Source: Phaeosaccion multiseriatum
Lineage: Eukaryota; Protista; Ochrophyta, other classes
Direction of reading: 5' to 3'
DNA: 64,000 nt
NCBI GenBank assembly: GCA_965112735.1
Contig: OZ218962.1
Coordinates: 2,604,001-2,668,000 of the forward strand
How positions within the stretch are numbered: position 1 is the stretch's first letter; each line of letters starts with the position of its first letter. The position numbers and the translations under genes are program-made. The notes beneath the pieces were generated by a model. It had not been told where the DNA came from, ran no database searches, and worked only from the letters and a program-made list of their open reading frames with translations. Below, piece by piece: positions 50,268 to 63,032 of this stretch.

Positions 50268-53200
50268 TCACTGGCACGGGACACTCTCAAAGGAACCGAA
50301 GCCGCAGAATCTGAAGAGCGCCGTGGGGGGGGAGAGGGTGAGGCAAGAAAGAGCATGTGATTATTTGTGGTGAGAAGGAGTGAAGGGTCTCTCGTTACAC
50401 CTACAGGACCCCCTCCCCCCCCTCGCCGATTTCCTTCCTAGTACCATACGCTGAGAAAGCCCCATTAGATCTCACTCACCTACAGCTGACCTCGCCCAGG
50501 GCTCCACAACCGAGGCTGACGTCTCCGTTAATACATCTTGGCTCGGAGTAGCAGGGCTCACCATCACCGCACATCACAGCACAGGCATCGATCCCTTCTC
50601 CATCGCCGGGATGAGAAGAAGGGGTGGCTGAAGTGGGAGTGGGTGGCGTGCTACTGGTGGAATAGGGAGTCGTCGGAGTGGGTCCTGATACCGTTGCGCC
50701 GCATGGAATGCTGGAAAATCTGCCGAAGCCGCAGAATCTTTTGGGGTCAGATACACAGAATGAAAGGGTGGGCGAGAGAATGAGAGGGTGGGCGAGAAGG
50801 GGTTGGTTTTACGTACGATGGCGCCTGACACCTGGTACCACACGCATAGAAAGCTACACCATCACCCACCTAAGTCCCAACTGTCAGGCTTTCACTTGCT
50901 CATCTCGTTAGCTTACATTATATTTCGTAGTGCTTTTTTCAAATTCATACTACAAAGAGTTAGCAAAGAGTTTCACATTCACACATAGGCTCTCACCTGC
51001 ACAATTTGATCCCCAGGGCGCCACAACCGATGCTGGCCCCGCCCACGCTGGCCCCCAGCCCACACTTTCAGAAGTGAAATGCAGAGTGCGAAACAACAAG
51101 GCAGGGCGGGGAGAGGGGGGCGGGGGGTTAGTGAGATCCGCAAAGAACCGCTGAACGATGGAGTACAAGGCCCCCACTCTGTAATTCATTGGCATATCCT
51201 CCCCTTACGCACGCACGCACACACACACACACACACACACCTTAGGTTCCTGGTAACACGGCTCATCAGTGAGGCAAAGGATGCTACATTCATCCTCCCC
51301 TACTTGTTCAGGCGCCTCTGTCTCATCAGCACTGGATGAAGACGCAGGAGGGGAGACCGACTGAGAAGGATTAGCGCCCGTTTGTAGAGCTGCTGCCGGA
51401 GCAGCTGTCGGAGCAGCTGTCGGAGCAGCTGTAGGTTCTGACGTGGGGGCTGGCGTCTGCCCCGGGCAAACCACCTGTACATACAAACATCGCCACGAGG
51501 TTGGGCAAGCGACGCAGGTAGGGAGGAGGGAATGCAGTGTTGGAAACCGTCGACGAGAGAATGACGCTAGGGCCAGAGAGTGGGGCCAGCGCCTTGGCAG
51601 AGAGAACATACTGCGGTCGTGTCTGTGACAAACGACACCATACCACACTGTACCTGGCTGTAGTCCTCGTTTAGGGCAGTTCGGGGCCCTATGCCGCCCA
51701 CCACGTTGGTGACGGCCATGATGCCGTTGTCCGAGTGAGTCAGCACGTGGCAGTGGTAGAGCACCGTGCCGCTGAAGTCGTGAGGTGACTGACGGACGAC
51801 ACCGCCGCCGTCAGCAGCGATGGTGTCAATCCTTGTGTGTGTGCGTGCGTGTGGGCGGGTGGGTGGGGCAGAGGTGGCGTGTGTTCAAGAACGGAAACGC
51901 AGCAGGGTAGGCAATTGAATGAGTCAGCGCATGTGTTAGAGCGGGTGGTGTTGTGACTGTAAGTCACAACTGTCGGGCAACTGAATGGAGGAAGAGCACG
52001 ACAAGCGGAAAGTAGAGGCTCTTCACTCACCAGTCTCCGGGCTGGTGCCAGTCCTGCAGGGCCAGCACAGGCGTGTTCACATCCACCACCTGCAGAGTGA
52101 GGCAGACGGGGAAGCAGAAAAGCAAAGCGTGGTAGAGTGAGGCGAGGGTACACCGGTCAAGACTCATCCTCCTTCCTTCACCACCCTCCTCCGTGGCTCG
52201 ACTGACCTGGAAGTGGTTGACGTGCCCGTGGAAAGGGTGCATCGCGGAGCCTTGGATGATGAGCTCGTAGACTTCGTCAGCCTCCCAGCTGCGCAGAGGG
52301 TTGGCGTACCCGTCAAACAGCTCACCGTTGACACCCTCACGCACCGCCATCGGATACGTCTCATCGACATCCCGTGTGGTCAGATCCTGGAGATAGGGGG
52401 CGCGGCAAGGCTGCCATTCGGGCAGAGCATCCGTTTCTCCGCTGCCCGTGATGGTCAGAGTGGCCACCTTCACCTCCACGTCCTTGGTGGCGGGCTTGAG
52501 CACGACCTCGTACGTCCCCGCCGAGCACGACACCGCCACGTCCACCCGACTGGACGGGGTGAAGAACAGCAGCGTCTCCCCCGCAGTCTTGGGCAGCATC
52601 CTGGGCAGGCTCGACAGGTACACGCCATCCTTGGCCAGCACAGACACTTCGCAGTCGCCGCCCTTGATGGCCACCAGCGCGTTCTCCTCGTGCCCTGCGT
52701 AGAGCAAGCGCAGTTTGGTCCAGCGGCCCGCAATGGCCGAGATGGACTGCGGGGCGGCACCGCCTCCTCCCGGTTGGGCGAGGCAGCCGTTGACGAGGTA
52801 GAAGTCGTCCGTGGTGGACGCATACCAGATCTTGTCCGCGGACGCGAGAGCCACGTCGTTGGTCTCCTCCGGCTTAAACTCCTGCATCATGATGACGTGC
52901 TCCTGCATGTTGCCGTACGCCGCAGGCATGCCGTTGCCCTCGACGTTGGCGTTGTCCTCCACGATGAGCGGCGCCGCAGCTCCTGCCCCCGTCGTCAGAG
53001 ACACCGAGCCGTGGTGGTGCGTGTGGTACCAGAAGGTGCCGCCCGAGTGGTCGCACGGAACCCTGTACAAGTACTGGTACGTCTCCCCGGGGCCAATCTC
53101 GGACCCAGGGAAGTCAGCAGGAGCCTGTGGGACACACATCAGATCCGATATGATCAGTCAGATGGTGCGACTGTGAGGCAGGCAGACGTGCATGCAAAAC

Positions 53201-56200
53201 GCTGACAGACAGACAGACAGACAGGCAGACAGACAGACAGACAGAAAGACAGACAGACAGACAGACAGACACATGGACCGACAAGCGGGAGGCAAACAAA
53301 CGACCATGTCGTGACTCACCACTCCACTGATGTGCAAGCCGTGCGTGTGGATGTTCATGGTCTTGGGGTCCTTGAAGGCGTTGGTTGGGCCTCCGGGGTT
53401 GTCACCCGGGGAAAGCTCGTTCACCACCGTCAGTCGGTAAGTGTTGCATGCCTGGGCAGGGCACAAGCACGGACGGGAGTGGCACATCAGCAAAGGGGGG
53501 CAGGCGGTAGGCAGACGGAGAGACGCCGAGAAGAGACCATTCGAGGCTCTCTTGCCTACCTGCATGCGCATGGTGGGTCCCGGGATGGCGCCGTCGAAGG
53601 TCCTTGTGTTGACGAGTGTCTCAGTCTCGGAGTCGAAGAAGGACGTCTCAACGAAGCGAACGGTACCGCGGTACTCGCCTCTTCTTCTCGTCCACTCCAC
53701 CTCCTGTGTGCGACAAGGCAATCGAATGGGAGACATCAGTGCTGTCTGTGGAGAGAGGGAGAGACAGAGCGAGACCGTACATATGCATCAACTCACCCCG
53801 CTGTCCGCGGAGCACATGTCCGTCGCTCTCTTGCAGTACACACACGTGGGGTCGCCTCCCTCCCCGGGGCACTGCGCCACTGGCGTGCTGTCCCATCTCT
53901 CGCACACGCCCAAGTCGCTGGCCACGGTCGGAGGAGGGGTGGGAGCGGGAACGACGGGAGCCGGCGTGGGGGCTGAAGTGGCGGCCTCGCTTGCGTTGCC
54001 CACCCCACGTAGGCGGTACAAAGTACCGAAGCCGTAGTCGTATATAAACACATTCTGATCCGGGGAGGGTGGAGGGTTATGGTGAGGATGGGTAGGTGAG
54101 ACTCTGGCGCGTGGGGAAGGGAGGAGGTACAGCGCCAGGGAGGCGGCTAGGCTTCTGACTATTTGGACTTACGCCGGTGTAAGGGTCAGCAAAGATGTCT
54201 GTCCCACCAACATTGCTTGACAAGATCCGAGGGGTGGAGAAGTCGATGGAACCGTCGGCGTTGTTGTCGAAGTAGAAGGTGCAGTGCTTGGTCTACCGGT
54301 GGGGTGGAAGGTATTGGGTCACATGCCATGCCCATGCACGCACACATACGCACAAAAGAGGGACGGAACGAAATGAGCGAGTCGACGGATTGTGATATAT
54401 ATATACAATGGCGTAGACAGAAGAGCGGCTGACCGAAGAGGGAGGGAGAGACGGAGGGAGGAAGTTCGACTGCCGCAAAGCTCTGCTCCCTCGGTCTTTG
54501 CGTTGTCTCAAATGGTCACATCCTTAGTCAGTCTAGTCAACAGCAGCTCGAGCAATCGATCAACCGAACACCACCCTGCCTGACACACACTCACGCAGGC
54601 ACGATCGAACTATGACTACAGTTTGATGAGTCTGACCTGGTCTGCGAAGAAGAGCTTGTTGCGGAGGTGTAGAGGCAGCGCGCTGTTGGCCTCGGAGGAG
54701 TAGTACAGTGAAGTAATCGAAGCCCCACTGGACATACACAGGTCTACACCGGGAGATAGGGCGAGAAGGAGAAGAGAATAGAAGGAGAATACGAATAAGA
54801 AAACACGCACGCACGCACACACGCACACGCACCCTCACGCACATACATAAATACATACACACACGTACACCCACCCACACGCACACGCTCCAACCCACAC
54901 ACACGCTCCAACCCACCCACCCGCCAACACACCTACACACCTGGGTACTCAGGATCCATCACGCCTCCTCTGTAGGCGAACTTGGGCGGCGTTGCCGTGC
55001 TGTCGCTGTCGTCGTCGAAAATTTCGTCACACGTGTCGTAATTGTACTGTAGTACAAAGAACGAGAGAGGGAGGGAGGGCAGGAGGGAAGCGAGCCAGAG
55101 AGAGACCAGAGAGAGAGAGAGCGAGAGCGAGAGAGTGAGAGCGAGAGAGTGAGAGAGAGGGCGAGCGAGGGATCAATTGGAGGGAGGAAGGGAGGCAGAG
55201 GAGGGGGAAAGAGGAAAGAGAGAGACGATGAGGGAGAGGTCGGGAGGCGAGTCCGACGAAGTAAGCGCTACAGCACCACGTGACCACCGACTGCTGACCT
55301 ACCCTCTACGCGACAAGTCAACTCACCACAGCGAGGTAGTCCTTCCTCGCCTGCTGCTCGTGGTCGAACCCCTGAGAGAGACAGAGCGGGGAGTGGCCAT
55401 GTAACCGTCAAGGCATGTAACCGTTAGGGGGAGAGCAAGGTGGGAATCACGGGCGGGCGCTTCGGAAGGTTGCGGTGGGCGGGGTGGAGGGGGAGAAAGA
55501 GGCAGAGAGAGGAGGGCAGAGGGGCATCGATAGGACATTGACCACGAGGAGAGAGGTGGATACAGCGAGACTTCTTTGCCAACTACTTCAGCGGGCTTTA
55601 GGCCCCTCACCTCCCGGCACGGCCATCCAAAGTTGGGCACGTCTCTCCGGGGGCCGCCGACAGTGGGGTTGGGCAGTGAATTGATCTCCTCCGCCGTCCC
55701 GTAGCCTGCGAGGGCCGTGGAGGCAAGCAGGAGCAGCAGTTGGTGATACGGCAGCAGGTGAGTGGACGTCGCCAAGCAAGCACTAGCGGTTGTATCCCAG
55801 ACTCTTTGCCTTCTCCGCCAGGAGGAATGACCTGAGACTCCACCCCAACCCCCCCACCCCCCCCACCCATCCTTCCTCGAGCCACATGCCCTTTCACCCT
55901 TCCCCGCTCGGTCTTCAGTACGCGTACGTACCAACGTCACCAATGAGCACGGTGCCGTCGGGCCCGAGGGCAAGTCGGAATGGGTTTCTGAGTCCGGATG
56001 CGGCCAAGGTCAGGTCCTCCACACCCAGCTCGCGATGTAGCGTCAAGGACTCCGGTGGGATGACCCACGCCTTGCCTGCCAGCGACGTCTTGTGAAGAGT
56101 GAGGGTTGAGGGGTGAGGGGTGAGAGTCAGGGACAGGGAAAGCTTAGGGTCAGGGTCAGGGTAGGCATCAGAACCAGGGTCAGGGATGTAGAGAGCTATG

Positions 56201-59200
56201 GGTCAGGACGTGACGCCTGCATGGCAGAGCAGAGCGTCTGACAAGGCAAGCGACCCCCTCCCCCTCCCCACACACACCACACAGCCTATCCTACTCATCC
56301 CCACACACACCACACAGCCTATCCTACTCACCCCCACACACACCACACAGCCTATCCTACTCACCCCCACACACACCACACAGCCTATCCTACTCACCCC
56401 CACACACACCACACAGCCTATCCTACTCATCCCCACACACACCACACAGCCTATCCTACTCACCCCCACACACACCACACAGCCTATCCTACTCATCCCC
56501 ACACACACCACACAGCCTATCCTACTCACCCCCACACACACCACACAGCCTATCCTACTCACCCCCACACACACCACACAGCCTATCCTACTCACCCCCA
56601 CACACACCACACAGCCTATCCTACTCCTCCCCACACACACCACACAGCCTATCCTACTCACCCCCACACACACCACACAGCCTATCCTACTCACCCCCAC
56701 ACACACCACACAGCCTATCCTACTCACCCCCACACACACCACACAGCCTATCCTACTCATCCCCACACACACCACACAGCCTATCCTACTCCTCCCCACA
56801 CACACCACACAGCCTATCCTACTCACCCCCACACACACCACACAGCCTATCCTACTCATCCCCACACACACCACACAGCCTATCCTACTCACCCCCACAC
56901 ACACCACACAGCCTATCCTACTCCTCCCCACACACACCACACAGCCTATCCTACTCACCCCCACACACACCACACAGCCTATCCTACTCACCCCCACACA
57001 CACCACACAGCCTATCCTACTCACCCCCACACACACCACACAGCCTATCCTACTCACCCCCACACACACCACACAGCCTATCCTACTCACCCCCACACAC
57101 ACCACACAGCCTATCCTACTCCTCCCCACACACACCACACAGCCTATCCTACTCACCGGCTCAAGGGCGAGGAAGGCCCCTCTCGGCATGGGAAAGGCGC
57201 TGTTGGGCATCTCCTGTGCCATCGAGGGAAGAAGGAAGCAGCACAAGAGGGCAAGCAGCAGCGGCGGTAAATGAGCACATGTGTTGAGGGGGTAGGGCAA
57301 GCAGCAGCGGCGGTAAACGAGCACATGTGTTGAGGGGGTATGTAACCGCATAGGCCAGCGCACAGGAGTGCGGAAAGGGAGAGAAGGCGGGAGAGAGAGA
57401 CAGAAACAGAAAGAGAAGGAATGTGAGGGGTGCGTACTGGAGTGGTCCCAGGGGTCCAGCATCCTCCCCTCCTCCTCCTCCTCCTCCTCCTCCTCCTCCC
57501 CCTCCTCCTCCTCCTCCTCCCCACCACGTCCTCCTCCTCCCCACCACGTCCTCCTCCTCCTCCTCCTCCCCTCCCCTCCTCCTCCTCCTCCTCACCCTCC
57601 TCCTCCATCACACTCCCCCTCTTCCTCCTCCCCAACCCCTCCCCCGCCTTTACCTACCAAGCTGCACTCGTCGGGCTGGTTGCGCATGTCCACACCGGGG
57701 TCGTTAGCGTTGGCTTTGGCGGCGTCTCCGTGGGTGAAGAGCAGGCCGCCGTCGGGCAGGAAGCGGAGATCTCCGGGCCCGTGCGAAGAGGAGGTGCTAC
57801 AGAAGCCGTTGAGTAGCACTTGTAGGTCCTCCTCACCACTGTTTATGGCGAACAGAGCAATAATAGTAATTAAGAAATCAAAAATAATATTACGTAGTAA
57901 TAATACAATGGATCGGGTGAAAGGAGAGGAGTGGGAGAGAGAAGGAAGAGAAAGGGAAACGCTGGATGAATGGATCTGAAACTGAAAAAGAGCCAGGGAA
58001 GCTTTCATCCATCACTGTCCTCTCACCTGGAAGAGAAGCTGTCGTTCTCTGCGTCATATTCCACAGTGGCCCGAACGAGCTTGGAGTATTTCTTGCAGTC
58101 GAAGCCCCAGTTTGTCGCCTGCGTTTTATGTGTATCGCACGTTGATGTGATGTTCATTGGTCGAGGAGGGAAGGGAGTGAGTTGAGAGAGTGAGCCTACG
58201 GCGTCTACGGGCATACCCGACCACAAACAACGCACGCACGCACACGCCCACACCCACATTACCTTGATGGTTGGGCAAATGTCCTCCGTCTCGTAGAGTC
58301 TCTGCTCCTCCTGCGAAGCCTCGTCCCACCACGTAGGTGTGCCCGGTTGCTGCCAGTGGAGGTGTGCATACGTACGTAAGGGCAGAGGGCGTTGAGACGA
58401 GACGTCGCAGTGTGAGTCGAGGGGAGGGCAGCGGCAGGAGTAAAAGGTGCATGAGTTGCTCATGGCCCGGAGGAGGGAGCTACGAGAGAGAGAGAGAGAG
58501 AGAGAGAGAAGGAGGGAGCTTGTAACAAAATATGAAATATACGCTTTCGCTGCCCACCTTGGCGGAGTAGATGGTGTATACATACGGCTCGTCGGGCCAG
58601 TCTGGGTGGATGGCAACTGATGTGAGGCCGTGGTCGCTCTTGTCCACCATCGAATACACGTCATTCTGTAGAGGAGGGGGGGTGGGGGGGGGTGGCAGGA
58701 GGAAAAAGCTCGTCAAGTCAGTGAAAATGCATAGCAGGAGCAAGAGCATGAGCAGGGACAGGAGTGCAGGGGCAGTGAAGGCGAGATTTTCTTCATTCTG
58801 GAGTCTGCCCACCCTCGAGAGAAGAGATTAAAATGGCTTGGGGTGGTCCTCATTTCTTCTGACACTCAATCTCTCCTCTCCTCCAGTTCATTAACTACCA
58901 CCACATACTCCCTCAAAGCATCAACCGACGCACAAATTCACAGGACAGGAGACCACGATTCACAAACGCACACGTTCACCACGACGCACAGGCACACACA
59001 CTCAAGAGCACAGGTACGTACCGAGAGGTCCAGCACGACTTGGGCACCCCCCACCCCATCGGAGGCTTCGCGGGGCAGAGAGTCAATGTCAGGAAACACC
59101 TCCAGAACTCCTCCTCGGTAGGCGACCAAGATGGCAGATCCACTGTGGGCAGATTGGGGATTAAGTGGTGCACGGGGGTGGGAGATGGGGGACAGAGAAA

Positions 59201-59847
59201 GGGCGGGGGGATGTGACGATAAAAGGGGCAGGCAGGAGAGAAAGAATAGGTGAAGTGTGAGAGAGAAGGAGGGAGACGTGAGCGAGGAGGGCTATATATA
59301 TGTATGTGGAGAGCGAGAGAGAGAGAGACAGTGAATGGCCGATAGGTGCCGCTCGATGAGGCAGGGTTCGTGACTCGCATTCAGCAGGTAACACGACGCG
59401 GGTGCCAGCACGGATGCGTCGCTGGAAAGGGCAACCACCACCACCACCACCACCAACTACTGCTCCTCTCGTACCTGTACTGGCTTGATCGTGGGAAGAA
59501 GACCGTCTTTATGGCGTTAGAATGCCTTCTCAATGTCGCTTGGAGGTCCATCTGTTTGGTGATGGAAGCATCGCCAGCACGAAATAAATAATCAATTCAC
59601 GAAGATTACAATTAGGGAATGGGTGAGGAGGGTGAGGAGGCGTGTATCTGTGAAGGGAGGCCTGGAGAGGGTGGGACGGTGAGAAAATTAAAAGTGCAAG
59701 GAAGGTGAGCGAAGGGAGAAGACTTACCTGGAGTTGTGCATCCACAAGTTCAGGGATTAGTTGACCATGCGCCCCTCGCAGAAGGAGCCCAAGAGCCACA
59801 CTGCCACAAGCAGCAGCGGGTATGGCGCCTCTCATCGGTGAGAGCAT
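50268..59847 (-). CDS. Secreted fusion: signal peptide, glucose/sorbosone dehydrogenase-like (GSDH) beta-propeller, Pro/Thr linker, three-domain multicopper oxidase, 2 Cys-rich modules; >20 exons
   Basis: GSDH motifs: DHGLTSVAIHPDW..YVYTIY, SHGPGDLRFLPDGGLLFTHGD, LAGKAW, SGLRNPFR, LIGDVG.GTAEEIN, NFGWPCRE, LFFAD. MCO motifs: IPGPT, NIHTHGLH, GTFWYHTHHHG, HPFHGHVNHFQ, LYHCHVLTHSDNGIM. Ends ...RFCGFGSFESVPCQ* (TGA at 50268-50270). I found no stop between the domains in the spliced frame. Confidence 0.8.
56267..57156. repeat. Intronic 33-bp minisatellite, ~27 copies
   Basis: Unit cacacacaccacacagcctatcctactca(c/t)ccc; it explains the spurious PTHTTQPILLT and SRIGCVVCVGV ORFs. Confidence 0.95.
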
Positions 59848-60710
59848 ACAGCTACCCTTGCGACTCGCGGTTTATGAACACCACGGCCGCTTTTGCCTTT
59901 GAGACGACAGCCGCTCTTGTTCGAACAACGGGCACACGTCAAGCAAGTGACGCGCTGGTCCTTCTCTTGCTCCAACCCAAGGGCTTATACCTTTGGCGAA
60001 AACGATTCGAATTAAGGAGTAACAGCCGTTCGTGGAGTGGGGGGCAAAAAAGTATCAATCAGGAGGGAGAGAGGGAGAGAGAAAATGAAGAGGGGTGAAG
60101 AAGAGGAAGGGAGACACGCGGGGATACGAGCATTTCCTTCAGCCTTCTCCCGTTAGCCCGCCCTTACAGCCTACCCTTCGGTTGACACGTCAACTTGGTG
60201 CGATCTTGAGTTCACGGGTAAGGGAGGGGAGCCAAAAACCTATGGTATTCACACGACTCACCCTGCCCGCCAAAGTGCTGCTACGGACGCAACTTCTCGC
60301 TCTGTGCAAGTCTCGCTCCTCCTTGTGGCTTCCTCCTTGTCGCCTCCTCCTCTTACATATACAGCTGCTTATATAAAGGGGGGGGGGGTCCCGTTCTCGT
60401 TGAATCTCGGGGGGGCATCATCAAAGAGCCAACGGGCTCCTCGTGAGCAAGATCTAACCGCCGTCGGAGAGCCGTCACAAAATCCTTTCTCCGCTTCTTC
60501 TCTTTCTCATGGTGTTTGTGAGAGCCAAGAGCGACACAGAAGGTGAGAACTTCTCGGAGCGAGGCCCGCACCCTTCTGTTCTTGAGGAGGTAGCCGCCTC
60601 GAGTACTAGACTTGTAGAAAGTGGAACCGTGGCACCATCCGTTAGCTACTCCGCGCTGCTCATTGACCAGTGGCACAGGCAGCGCGACAGATATTAGGAA
60701 ATGAGCCGGA

Positions 60711-60982
60711 GGAGGGGAAGACAGGCAGCAGCAGCAGTAGAACTAACCTGCTGCAGTGAAGGTTCTGATCAAAATGCTGCTGTCGCACCGCATCATTTCG
60801 TCCTCGCTGAAACAGGCAGTCCAGGCAGGTGGATTCTTCCACTCGACTCTCCCTCTCTTCTCCCTGGCTGATCCTTCAGCCAAGTGCCATTGCAACTCTA
60901 CAGAGAGGAGGTCGCCCCTCATAGTAGAGGGGGGAGGGGAAGTAGAAGCAGCAGTAGAACTAACCTGGCTGCTGCAGTGAAG
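60711..60982. repeat. Imperfect ~50-bp direct repeat pair
   Basis: ggaggggaag...gcagcagtagaactaacctg(gctg)ctgcagtgaag at 60711-60761 and 60933-60982. Confidence 0.7.
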
Positions 60983-61499
60983 CTTCCGACCACCATGGCT
61001 GGGCTGCTCCTGGGCTGCCTGCCGTCGTCGGGCCCGGGCCGCAGCTCCTCGACTCGCTCAGGTCAGTGCCCAGGAGGCAGGCATCTTGGGCTTAGAAGAG
61101 AGTGGGTTCCCTCCTGACCTCGAGAAGAGGGTAGAGACTAACTAAGGGGGAAGAGCTGTTTTTCAGGGGGGGGTCTTCCCCCCCCCGGCGAAAGAATTAC
61201 TGTACCCCCCCTCCCCGTCCTCAACCCGTGACTCCGTGACTGGCTGCCTCAGGCCTCTCGCTTTTTCAAGCGAACTTTGCTTCTCACAAGGACTTGGAGG
61301 ATAGGAGCAGGCCAGCAGACACAGCAGAGAACGCGTGACTGCGCCGTCTACCATACCTCCGACCTCAGCTCCTCCGACTGCGGCCCCCGGTGGCGTTGTT
61401 GGGGAGTCGTGCAGCAGCGTACTAAGAAGTAGAAGCGATTGCCAACGTGGCTTCTTCTGGCTGCGACAACTGGACAACATGCCGCGCCCCCGGCGCAGA

Positions 61500-62760
61500 G
61501 GGTGAGCAGCCAGTGCGACTATGGGGTACTTTACAGCAACCCCACGTGTCAGTAGAGGGGGTTGTCTTCCAAGTGGAGTTCGACTTGTGGCTACTGCGTG
61601 GAGAAGGTCTGCACTCCTCCCGGGGCTCTTGGTGGTCCTTGCGCCAGCACAAATGGTATAGCCTGGAACTCCTGCCAACAAGGAAAGGGGTTCGTCAGCG
61701 TCGAGCCCACACCATGCCAAGCTCCTGACGCAGCGGGCGAGGCTTGCGAGGACGATCGACTTGTGGTTGGGTACCTGTCAAACAGACCAGGACTTACAGT
61801 GTATCGATGGGACCTGCAGGGGTCCTGGGGCTGTTGGTGAGTTTTGTGAGGGAGGTGTGTCGGGGAAACGTCTTCTCAGGTTCCTGCGGGAAGCTCTCGT
61901 CTACGAGGCCGGGACATGCATCCAGTGCATGCCTCAATGCCAGAGCGGACTGCCCGGCCTTCCCCTTCTCCGTACCCTTCCCCTTCGACGTCTCTCTGCT
62001 GGCACTGCGGTGAAGTCTTCGAAAGGGTAGTGGGCGGCTTCTGCATCCCCCAGGGGGGCACGGACCGGACAAGGAATATCCGCCGGGCGGGCTTGTGCAC
62101 GGCACAGCGGGGTGGGCAGCCAGGCGACAAGTCTGCGCCGGCAATAGCGCGCGGTGGGCCCGCCGACTCTTGGCCGTTGTCGTTCGGGCATCGAGGCCGG
62201 GGAGAGCTGCAACAGCTCCAGCTTTAGCTAGCGCGTCTCGAGCGAGTACCTGCTGCGCCGATGACCCCTCGCCGCGTGGTCCCCCCTCTTTCCGACCTCG
62301 CCTAGGGTTCTGCATCTATACCTCCAGACACCCGAGTGCCTCTGCCTGACGCGCCGTTGACCGTCGGCGTCTGCGATGCTTTTCGTGGCGCCGTCGAGGC
62401 CGTCTGCGAGGAGAACAAATTCGACGACTACAGCTCGTGCACAGGGGGCTTCGACTGCAGCAACAGGGATCGCGTCTGTGTGGAGAGCTAAGTGTAGCAA
62501 GGAGCTGAGAGAGAGGAACGCTGGCGAGCGAAGACCGGCCGGCCATAAAGTCAAAGAGTGAGACGATCGACGGAACAAACCCGTTTGGGCACGCCTCCAT
62601 CTCTTACTTGAGAAGGCTCTATCTAGAATATAGCACCTCGGTCGAACGCCGTATAATGTACTTGTTGTTGCTTCTGGCTGCTGCTGCTCCGCTGGCAGTG
62701 GTGGTGGGTTATCAGCCAGCACATCCCCACTGCTGGGTCTCTCCGTCGGTCCCTCCATCT
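61500..62760 (-). mobile_element. Decayed Ty3/gypsy-like pol relic (RT-RNase H connection, then integrase)
   Basis: Fragments across frames and stops, in the expected order: RWRRAQTGLF..L...P..L..P.F...LALHTDA (cf. W..Q..AF..L...F.LHTDAS); AVRSGIEACTGCM (integrase CxxC); HRYTV..LFDRYP; VPNHKSIVLASL; WQEFQA..GVQTFSTQ*PQ. Confidence 0.42.
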
Positions 62761-63032
62761 CTCGCTCATGCTCTCACGCGAATCCTCTCACGCAAGAGTA
62801 CAAAGGCCCAGCAAGAGGATTTAGAGCACCTTCCCACCTAGGAGTCCCTCCCGCAGCCGCCCCCGGTACGGCACCGACAGCAGGCGCACCCGTAAGTATA
62901 AGACTGAAGCGCCTTGTTGGGCCTCCCAACTCGGAGCTGGATGCTATGTGTGGGTGCGTGCGTGTGTGAGGTTTATTTTCTCGCTTTCCCGCGCCGTCGC
63001 CCTTTTTTTTTCTCTGCCTTTTCAGTCTCCTT

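Noticed and set aside
56267-57156. Possible CRISPR array (also considered for 20624-21976)
   Set aside because: Units are contiguous with no unique spacers, there are no cas genes, and the context is a eukaryotic intron or coding region.
56198-57462. 358-aa and 419-aa repeat ORFs (PTHTTQPILLT / SRIGCVVCVGV)
   Set aside because: Translations of a stop-free 33-bp intronic minisatellite, not independent genes.
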